From Adineta vaga (taxonomy: Eukaryota; Animalia; Rotifera), in NCBI GenBank assembly GCA_021613535.1, contig CP075495.1:12896001-12960000 (forward strand): a DNA stretch of 64,000 bases, given 5' to 3'. Below the pieces are notes generated by a model that worked only from the letters and a program-made list of their open reading frames with translations, was not told the DNA's origin and made no database searches. A program made the translations under genes and the position numbers. Shown here in pieces: positions 41,172 to 52,800 of the stretch (its first letter is position 1; every line of letters starts with the position of its first letter).

Positions 41172-44100
41172 TAATCTAGAAAATGACAAAAGAAAAGAAA
41201 AGACGCAATTTTTTCTTTTTGTTTATATGAAATCAAACTTACGAAAGAAGAATTTTTTCAATAACACTAATTATAATACAAACATGCACAATTGCTTTTT
41301 AAGCAGTAAATAAACATAAAAAAAGATGTGTAAGTGTGTATGTGTGTGTGTATTTTTTTCTTCTAGAAATAAATAAAATAAAATAGATTAAAAAATCATT
41401 GAAGTTTTTATATATCAGCTCAGACAGCCAAGACGAACAACATTGATGCATTCAGTCTCTATAAGCGAAACCATGTCTTTGTCTTTCATCATCGCTGATA
41501 AATAAACAAAATTCTCTAACGAGTAAACGATATATATACATGCATTTGATCTGTTCGTCTTATTAACATAACATTTCTGAGGAGAAGAAATCGTGAATTG
41601 AAGAAAGAAAAACATTTGGTTTTATATATCATCAATTCAAGGACTCAAAGAAAATCATATATGATTTATCAAATACTAAATTAATTGTTTTCTTGAATAT
41701 ATGATAAATAATGTTAACTTGTCCGAAAAATTAAATTATTTTTAACCAAAATTAATATATTAATACAAAGTTGTAATATTTATTAAAAGTTCATTGAGTA
41801 AATGATTATTTATATATTCCTTGACGATAAAAACCTAAATGAATAAGAGAAAATTTACTTTAAATATTAATTGTTTTATATATCACGTTGAGTAAATCAC
41901 TAAACATTTCTAATCTTCTAAGTAAAAACATCCGACTTTCTCGAATAACTATAAAAACATTCTTCTAGACAAAGTACGTTCTTTTCTCTCTCTCTTCATG
42001 ACGAGAACCATTAAATAGATTGACAACTGTAAACACATCAACAATAACAACGTCTATAGAAAATTGCTACCAGCTGTTTAGATTAATAAATATACTCAGC
42101 AAAACAAAAAACGATAGTAGTTTCGAAAGTATATTTTATAAATATTTAATTCATGTAAATGTTCATGAAAAAATTAGTATGTGTATTATCAAATTCGCAT
42201 CGTGCATGGCAAAGAACAGTTTAGATGAAAGCAAAAAAACAGAATCATTATTTAAACTACTTGCTAATGTCGGAATATAAACTGAATAGAATATTTTCTT
42301 TGTTGAAGAAAAAAAGAACATTGTTTGTTAAGATTTGATTTTCATTATTTACTGTTATCTAGTTTGTAATATGAGTTGTTTAGAATAAAATTAATGTCAG
42401 TTCGAGGCCATTGGTTCATATGACTGATGTGTTGTATCCTCTCTTCTATCAATGATATCTTACACAAAAGAGATTGAAGAAAATGTAATGAACTCTGTTG
42501 ATATAAGTATCAATGTCTGTATGAAAAGCGGAGAGAGAGAAATCTTTCAATGTCGTTTGAAATCAATCGGTTCTTTTTTCTTAATTTAGTAGCTCTATGT
42601 ACTTTTTTTTCATTCATTTTCTTTTTCTTTTTTTTCAAACTATGATTGAGTAAGTAAATGGAAATAGTCACGTAGCAAATACATTCGATTATTTACAATG
42701 CTTTCGAGCAAAAATAGATTTGAAAAGAAATCTTAGAATCAGTTCGTACTATACTTTCAAAGACAAACAAAAGAAGAATTAGATTCGAACGAGAAAAGAA
42801 AGAAACATAAAAATGATTATCAATCATAGAATTGATTCGTTTATTCAATGAGAGAAAATCGGATTCATCGTAGAAAGAAAAGAAACTTCACTAACCAAGT
42901 TTATCTAATGATTTATTGAATTTATCTGTCAAAAACATACGCACCACGTCATAAGCAGATCAAAGGAAACGTGTCATCGGTCATTCTTAACTTTTCTATA
43001 GAATAAGTAAACTAAATGAGGCAGTATTCGATGTTGTTTTGAAAAACTCCAGATCTAAGATTTCTCGTTCTTAGCAGAAAAAGAAAAGAAAAGGAAGAAA
43101 TCATGAAATAGCACGCTGATTTGTTAATTAATATTCTATTTTATTTATGTTTCATAATCTTCAACTCAACTAGATTTAATTGATTGTAAAAATCATTCGT
43201 ATTTTCATTTATGAGATGGGTTTTTTTTTGCGGGTCAAACTAACCTTTGTAGCATCCTGTTCTATAAAGTATTAGAAAGAGTTCTCGATATTTATATTTA
43301 CAGTTGAGGGAAGAAATGTTTTGTTTCTAAAATCTCATGTGTGATCATGAGATAAATACGGAAATAAGATGTTTCCTGTTTTTGTTTTGCCTAGATAGAA
43401 AACATTTAAGAATAAAATGAATTTTTTGTCTTACCTTATTTGACCAAGGTTAATAATCAAATCGAAAGAAAAGAATAGACGAATCACATTCTATGAAATC
43501 GATTTCATTGTAAATAAAGTATATTTAATCGATAAAGACGATGTAATGTTCTTAAAACGAATGATTAATTGAACGACAAATCATCACGATACTTTTATCA
43601 ATATCCGATCAGTAGATATTTCTCCAAATCATTTGCATGTTATTTTAAAATAAAGCCAATTTTACTTGTCGATATTCAGCAGTCTATCAGCTTAAACGAA
43701 ACGACCTATGTCTTTCTCTCATCTTGGTTAGTTAAGAATTCTCCTAACCTCCTTCATTCAATTTAAAACATTTAAAAATCAAAGAAAATATTTTATTTCT
43801 CAATAAAAATTTATTTGAATCTTAAAACATATTTTTTTTCTTCGCACAAATAGATATGCATAGTTCAAAGTGCATTAGTGTGCTATTTCAGTCAACGATG
43901 AACGATTGATTGTCTGATTCTAATACATATTTATTTATTATTTATTCCACTTCCACTTCTTTTCCTTTTTTCAGTAACGATCTTTTTCTTGTGTGTTTTT
44001 ATTTTAAAAATATAATTTGAAATTTGTCTGTCCTATTTAGATTCATTGACGTATAGAGAAAAATTAATCATTTGATATTCGTTGTCGCCTTTTCGACGTG

Positions 44101-44172
44101 GCATTTAATTGTATCTTGACATAGACACACAAAAAAACAATTTTCGTATTTTACGACTTTTTGAAAGAAAAA

Positions 44173-45958
44173 ATGACACTCGAACTCATTCCGAATGGTG
44201 ATCTAGTCTTTAAAGGACCATTTAATGCCGTTTCAATAACAGCATTAAAATTATCCAATAGTGGAAATGAACGATTGGCCTATAAGATAAAAACAACAGC
44301 ACCAAAACGTTATTGTGTCAAACCAAATAGTGGTTTTCTTGATGCTCATTCTACAGCGAGTGTTCAAGGTATTTTCGATTCATCTTCGATCGAATTGATT
44401 CATGATTCTTGTTTCTTTCAGTTATGTTACAACCACAAGCAACTACAACTGGTCAACAAGATGATCGTAATAAACATAAATTTATGGTACAATGGGTTGC
44501 TGTGCCTGATAGTTACTCAGATGACGTGGACAATTTTGTAAGATAAAGAGAAGAAAAAGGTTTTGTCGACATTCTTTTTGTGCTTATTTAGTGGAAACAA
44601 GATTTAACAAAGCTTAATGTGCATGATTCGAAATTGAAATGTGTTTTTGCTGATGAAGCACCAGCTGCTGTCGTACCAAATGACTCACATGGAAATAAAG
44701 ATATAGATGCAGTAAGTTAATCTACGTGAAACTGAATGTATTCATTTCATTCATCGGTTGTTTTTTCTTCTTCTAGCCAATAGCACGAGCTGTAAGTATT
44801 TGTTCTGTTTTTATCGATTGATAGGTAGAATCGAAGCTTTGCTTTGTTGTTCGCATGTTTTTCTGTGCTTATTCTAAATATTGTACGCGTTTAGACGGAA
44901 TCAACAAATGTAAATGATAATCGTACTCAACAACAAAATAATAAAACTGATCATTCTACAACATCAAATTTCAATCAACGATCAGTAACAAATACTTCAC
45001 GAGATACAAATATTGCTCAAAGTCAAAATCCAGTTCGTCAACAGGTTCTTGTCTTTATATACTTCTTTGGATATCAATAGAACCACAGTCTCTTCTTATT
45101 TATCTCTCGTACTACGCATATATATATATATATCATCCTGCTTTTTGTGCTAGTTGTGTATATCATCAAAAATTGAAGTTATAGAATATTCTTCCCCTTG
45201 GGATGTTTTATGTTAATGCTTATGAACGCAAAATTTTCAAACATTCCTTTCTTTTAGTATTATATTGTTGTTTTTTTTCTCTTGTTATAGGATACTGGTG
45301 ATGATTCAAGTAAATCTCGACTCAAACAAGAATTTGATCGTTTGAAAGATGAAAACGAAAGCTTAAAAGTATGTATGATTCATTTTGTTTGCCGTATACT
45401 ATTCTCATTGATTCTGTATGCAATTGATTTTGTTTTTCTGCGAAAAGAACAATGCCTAAGTTTTATGATCTATCTGTGCGCATCTCTCTCACTCTCTCTC
45501 ATATCTAGTATGATATCCAACAAATGAAACAAAAAATTGATGAACAAATTCATTCCTTAACATCAATGAAATATCTTCGAAAAAAAGATTATTCAATGAC
45601 AATAATATTTTTCTTAATTATTATTTTTCTTTTCGGATTTTTTATTGGAAAATTCTATTTTATTCATTGTGATAGTTATTATTTCTAATTTATGAAATGT
45701 TTATTTTATTTTAATGCTTATTTGTTTTATATATTCATTTAGGAACAAATTAAACAACAAGATTTACGACACAGAAATCCAGGTAATGATCGTATTGATA
45801 ATCCTGTTGTCGATCGATTTAAACCCAATCAACAACAACAAAAAGGTCTCATTCTTTTTGGTATACCTTTAACTGAACAACTCGTTCTTGTGGCTTTCGT
45901 TGTTGCATTAATATTTGGATTTTCACTCGGTTATTTTCTCTTTTCCTGTGGAAATTAA
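44173..45958 (+). CDS. VAP: Vesicle-associated membrane protein-associated protein (VAP-A/B); multi-exon with two alternative terminal exons
   Basis: MSP domain with YKIKTTAPKRYCVKPNSG and HKFMVQ...DSKLKCVF; coiled coil; tail anchor with GxxxG in exon 45509-45688 or exon 45743-45958. Confidence 0.93.
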
Positions 45959-46802
45959 AACTAATAAATCTAGATACATATATATATCGTGACGTTAAAC
46001 AATAAAAAACAAAATCTAGATATATAAATATATATACATGTATACATATGTAATGCACACAAACTTAGTTTTTATTCTATTTTTTTCTCTTGCGTGTGGT
46101 TTTTCTTCCTTTCGTTGGGTGCGCGCATGTGTAACCTAGAAAACAAAACCTTTCATCCTCATTTACAGATAGATAAGAAAATCTTGATTATACATTCTAA
46201 ACAGATGTTCCCCCTTTTTTTCTTTTTATCCGATGTTCATGTATTTACTTCTTCTTTTTTTTCTTTTCGTTTCCGGTGTGTGTATCTTTTCTCTCCTATG
46301 CGCGCTTTAACAACCCTAGTATTGATGTTTATCTCATCGGGTTTATCGTTATATGTTTTTTTTTCTCGAATATAATCAGTGCTGTGTGTACTTCAGACAA
46401 GATTGAGTCATTAACAAACCGAACGTGAATAGACTATGTTTTCTTTCTTGAGAAAAGAAAATTCTCGAAAAAACAAAACTTTAGGCCAAAAAAATAAACA
46501 AACAATCGAATGAATACACACACATAACATGATTTTTCGTTCTTTTTGTTCTCATTCAAGCATTATCGATTTTTCTTCTTTCTTTTTTCAAATGTTGTCT
46601 CTATCATTTCCTCTTTCTAATCGTTTGCTCCTCGTTTTTCTTTTGTTCTTTTGAAATAAGTAAACAGATTACAAGAAAACCAAAAAAAAAAAGAAAACAG
46701 AATTTTTATCAAAAGATTTTACAGTTAATACAGTTGTTGTCTTTTGTTTGAAGATTAGTTTCTATTTTTTTTGCTCCTAAAAAAAAAGAAGAAGAAGAAG
46801 AG

Positions 46803-49219
46803 ATGCCTAGTGAAATTATTACATTACAACTCGGACAATGTGGCAATCAAAGTAAGCCAAAATCAAATGAGGAAAAGAAAAACAGAAAAATGAAAATTTT
46901 TCTTGTCAATGAATCATTTTATTTTGTACGTAAAATGAAGCGAATAGTTTAATTAGCCGTAATTGATCAAAGGTCATCGAAGGCAGAAAAATAACGATTA
47001 GTAACTATATATGTAATGAATAATTGTAGTAATTTGATTTGAATTAGTCATGCGTAGGTTGAACTCTGAGTACAAGCACGAAAGGTTCATAATTGTTTAA
47101 AACGAGAAGATCTAATTGACATACTTTGATACTTTTTGATAGAATTTCTAGTTTATTTATGTATGTGAAGTAGAAAATAAAATGAATATGATCTATGTTT
47201 AGTTGGAATGGAATTTTGGCGACAATTATGTGCAGAACATGGTATTAGTCCCGAAGGAAAATTAGAATCATTTGCAACGGAAGGTTCAGATCGAAAAGAT
47301 GTCTTTTTCTATCAAGTTTGTTCTTTTTTTCATTCTAAAAAATAAATGAGCAGATCAATGAAGTTTATTCATATTATTGTCTTAGGCAGATGATCAACAT
47401 TACATTCCACGTGCAGTTTTACTTGATCTTGAGCCTCGTGTTATTGATGGTATTTTAAAATCACCATATAGACATTTATATAATCCTGAAAATGTTTATA
47501 TTTCAAAGGATGGTGGTGGTGCCGGTATGTTTCTACTGTTGAAAATGATCTATTTTTCTAAATTTCTCCAAATTTCAGGTAACAATTGGGCACAAGGTTT
47601 TTATCAAGGTGAAAAATTGTATGAAGAAATATTTGATATTATTGATCGAGAAGCTGATAACGGAGATTCTCTTGAAGTGAGATCTTTTTATTGAAATTCT
47701 ATGATTTTTGCTAAGTTCATTCATTTATTTACAGGGTTTTGTTCTTTGCCATTCCATTGCTGGAGGTACAGGTTCTGGTATGGGTAGTAATATTTTGGAA
47801 AAACTCAATGATCGGTATGATATAGTTCGATATATAAATACGTATTTTAAAAATATTTGTATTCGAATAGATTCCCTAAAAAACTTATTCAGACATATTC
47901 TGTTTTTCCAATGACAAATGAAGTTGTAAGTTAAATTTCTTCCATAGATGTCTTTGTTTGTTTCGAAGTTTATCTTTTTTTGTATTCAGGCTGATGTCGT
48001 TGTACAACCTTATAATTCCGTACTGACATTGAAACGATTGACTGAAAATGCTGATTGTACAGTAAGAAGAGTTTATATTCTATGATTTGAATTAATCTCT
48101 TTGGATTTTCTTATTCTAGGTTGTCTTAGATAACACTGCATTGAATCGTATTGCTACTGAACGTCTTAAAAAGGCAACTCCAACACTCGCTGAATTGAAT
48201 CAATTAGTATGTTATTTCATTTGAAAATTTTCATTTTTTAATAAAGATCATTATTGAAGGTATCCACGATTATGTCAGGTAGTACTTCAACACTTCGTTA
48301 TCCAGGTTATATGAATAATGATTTAATCAGTCTTATATCATCTCTTATACCAACACCTCGTCTTCACTTCTTGATTTCTGCTTATACTCCATTAACATCT
48401 GATAATACAGTAAGAGATTTTAAAAAATGTTAACAGACAAACGAAAATTTTCTTATCCTAGGAATCTGAAGTACGTAAAACAACTGTTCTTGATGTTATG
48501 CGACGTTTATTACAACCAAAAAATGCTATGGTTACAACAGCAGCTCGTGATCGAAATATTGCACATTGTTACGTATCTATTTTAAATATTATTCAAGGCG
48601 AAGTTGATCCATCTGAGGTATGTAATCTATATTTTTAATCTAGGATTCATTTATCCATTGATAATAGGTTCATAAAAGTTTAATGCGTATTCGTGAACGT
48701 AAACTAGCTGATTTTATTCCTTGGGGTCCAGCTTCAATTCAAGTCGCTCTTTCGAAAAAATCACCCTATATTACGACACAACATCGTGTTAGTGGACTTA
48801 TGCTTGCTAATCATACTGGTATCTCATCTGTATGTATTATCACTTCGAGAAAGAATTTAGTATAGAGATCGAATATATTCTTTAGTTATTTGATCGTATT
48901 TGTGAACATTATGATAAATTAATTAAACGTGAAGCATTCGTTGAAAATTTTCGTCGCTTACCAATGTTTAAAGATAATCTTGATGAATTCAATGATTCAC
49001 GTGAAGTAATTCTATTTCATTTTATCACAATAAAAACAAAATCTTCATATTTTTTAATCCTAAAATTAGGTTGTTCAACAATTGATGGATGAATATCGTG
49101 CAGCAACTACAAAAGATTATGTCAATTTTGGTAATATTCAACAAGGACAAGTAAGGATTCATTCATTTGATCATTCCATTGTTTTGTATGAACATTTATT
49201 TTAGGCTGAACAAACATAG
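46803..49219 (+). CDS. TUBG1: Gamma-tubulin; multi-exon
   Basis: [18 protein letters not shown]; [12 protein letters not shown]; [10 protein letters not shown]; DVVVQPYNS; [11 protein letters not shown]; [14 protein letters not shown]; [10 protein letters not shown]. Confidence 0.97.
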
Positions 49220-49815
49220 AAACTTTCAAGAATGAAGATAAAACATTTCTTTTAACCAATAATCTTATCAAAGTCATATCTTAGTCAGATGAAGAGAAAT
49301 GATGGTTCATTTATTTTCCATCGATAAAATATATCTTCTTTTTTTATGTGTATCGTATATATTTCTATTCTTAAATCAAAATAAATACTTCAATCGATCT
49401 ATCAGATAGATTTATCTTTTGAATAAAACTCTTATTCTATATAAAATACGATTCATGGTTGTTTTAAAAAATCGTTTTGATTATATTTAAAGAAGACAAA
49501 AAGAAAGAATGAAAAGTTTCACTTACAATTCGATTGTATAAGAAACAGAGATAAAGCTAATACACATCAAACAAGAATTTTTAATTCTACAATTGTTTTT
49601 TCACACGAATAATGAATAAGGAATATATATATATATGTAATATACATGATAGATTCTATGTCAAAAGCACAAAAGACCACAAAAACAGAAAAATTCTCTT
49701 TATCTGATTCAGTAAATCAAGTCAAAAGACTTCCAAATGATTCAGTTTTATCGAAATCGATACATAGAATAAAAATGAGAAAATTCATCTGACAAATAGA
49801 TTTTTGATTGAATGT

Positions 49816-52800
49816 TTAATTTTGAAATTCACTTAAAGCATGTAACGGTTCCAGACGTTTTTTCACACTACTCTTTTTAGTACGCGAATGAGATTCAGTT
49901 TGACGATCAGACATAAGTAATGGTTTCTTTTCAGGTAAACGCATTTTCCATTGAACAATTGGCTTTAAGAAAGAAAAGCAAATGTTAAAAGTTTTTCTAG
50001 ACAAAATTCGATAAAACTTACCTCTTTATTGCCTGTTTTATTACGATATTTTGTCGAAGCAATATATGATGCTTTTACAGTAAGTACAACAGCATTCATT
50101 AGATTTTTTGCTGATGTAATCAATGATGTTGCACTATCAAGCTGAAAAATGAAATACTTTTCATATAAAATGTTCCAATTTCGAAAGCAATACTTACACC
50201 ACTGACAATTAATTCTCCACTTATATTTTGTACATCAGCTTTCACTTTACTAGTAATATCCAACTGATGACAATATAAGGTAATACCTAAACAAAGACAA
50301 ACATTGAATAAGTAAAGAAGATGAAAGAGAATCAAACATACGATCAACATATGCAACAAGATCGGATTTAGATTGAGATTCAACACACTAGAAAACAGAA
50401 CGAGATTGTATCTGTAGAATATTTACAAACAAAAGATTTACTTGTGCAGCAATATCTTTTGCAAGTTTATTTAATTTTGAACCACATTCAGATATCATTT
50501 TTGCAGCATTAATAACATCCATTGTTGTACGTAATGGACCACGGCCACTGAAATAATATACAAAAGAAAATCATAATTTTTCAATTGTCGAATCAAACTA
50601 AAAGATCTTTACCGTGTAAAATCAGTCATTTCCATCATAATCATACACATTTTCTTTGCAAGAACGATGATATCATTACCACGATCATCCCATTTTAAGA
50701 TTTCACGTTCAAAATCGCGTTTTGTTTTCTTAAAACCTTCTACTTGTAATTCGATTTGTTCACGTTCTTCCTTTGGTAATCGTCTCATCATATCCTAAAA
50801 GAAATCATCAAAATACAAAACGAAATCATTGTGCTTCATTTCATACTCGACTTGGATTATCACTATTGCCCGGATTCATTTCTCCATCAAGTTGTTGACT
50901 ATCCGATGATGGTCCATGACTTGATGTTTGAGATTGTGCATAAATATCTTCATTGACAACATCTTCATCATCACTTGGCCATTCCAAATCCTACGATAAA
51001 CAAAACGAAATCAAATATTCATTCAATGAATTAACTATAAATAATAAGTTATAGGCAATAAGTACATATACATATTTATAAGCTCGAGAAAAATTAGCGC
51101 AACCATAGCTGAAGCGTGTTTTTTTTGTCACCCTTCTCCACTGTTTATTACACAAGCATATTGAAAACTTATATTGAATTAGAAACAAAACCACCGACTT
51201 ACCCCAAAAAATAGTGAATATGACTCTATTCTTTGGATAGATAGGCTCATAGATGATAAACAGGTGAAATGTTTAAGAAATAAAAGTGTTCGAGATATAA
51301 CATTCGATTGACTAATACTAAGGTCTTTTTATAAGATATAAGTAAATAAATATAAATATAAAAAAAACGAGACTGAGTGATCGATATGATGCATATGATA
51401 GAATTAACTAGGAATATAAATTGATGAGTTTATAGAAAAATAAATAAACTATAATCGTTTCGAAAAAATGAGATATCGTTTAGATTTATCTGTAAAGATC
51501 AAATTGGACGAAAAATTTCTGTTTTCAATCTCTTTCAATGTGGTTTTTTTTCATTACAATAGGAAATGTATATTCTTTCGTAATTGAATCATAACTGCAT
51601 CATTAGTGTCGCTTTCCTGAGATAAAAAGAATACTGACAAAGCAAAAAGCGAATGTTATTTCTTTAATATTTTATCACGAATCGTTTAATTATGCTTGAA
51701 ACATTCGATTGATAGTTCCCTTTAGAATAGGTTTGGGCGTAGAGGATAAATCCTCTGTTGACGATGAAAAAATACAATTCAACGACGATTTATTTCGTCG
51801 TTTTTGTGGTTGCTGTCCCATAACGAGAAAAACAGAACGTACCGGATTCATTAAAACACTATTACGAATATCTCGAATAGCATGATAAACGCTACTTGAA
51901 GCTTCAACTAGTTCTTGTTCAGTTAATTCAAGCTAAAAGAAAAAAAGACAACAGATTAATCTATGGAAGATTACACTAATGAAAATAATGAAAATACTTT
52001 GCCATCATCATATCCTCCTGATTTGGTACGAAGTGCATCAATAGCCATTCGAATTCGATCAGCAAAAATAGGCATAACTAACAAAAAAAAAGAAAGTGTG
52101 TGTTTTTCCTCTGGATGAATGTTAATCTTTGTATTTACTTTGATCTCGAAGAACTCGAATACTTTCTATAACACCTTCGGTATATTCTCCTGGTTCATAT
52201 TTTTCCATTTCAGATGTAACAACATCAATGACACGACCTGCTCGTCCTCGAATAGCTCCTGCTGTACGATCAACACCTAAACAATCGAAAGATTAAACTT
52301 AAAACAGACGGGAAAACAAATAGTGTGCTTTAACATACGATCTGGATTTCTTTCAACCATTGCTTGAATACATAAGTTAATATCTTCGAGAATATGATTT
52401 TCTGATACGGCAAGAAAATCTTCAATAGTAGTAATTTCATCCACAGCTTCTGTTAGTAATCGAACATGTCTTTCCCATGTGTCACGAAAAACATCCATAT
52501 TTTCTAATGCAACTTTTGATGTTGATCGTGCACAAAGTGTTCGGGCAGCATTCACAACCTACATAAAGAGTTCTATTGTTGACATATTTCTAATTCGTTT
52601 AGTAACTTACTTGAGGTGATAAATGTTGAATTTCCATGGCAGCTAAACGAACTAATTTAATTCCTTCGATTTGATCCGACATTGAACAAGCGACATTCGC
52701 AATCTAAAAAGAGTTTGATCAATAGAATTATTTTGAAAAAATTCTAATCAATTATACTTCAATTAATTTGCATGCATGTTCCATAAAAATTTGTGCCGTT

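Noticed and set aside
41415-43766. ORFs 41415-41615, 42020-42280 and 43569-43766 in the 3-kb gap before VAP
   Set aside because: No recognisable motifs, mostly non-ATG starts, and no convincing exon chain.
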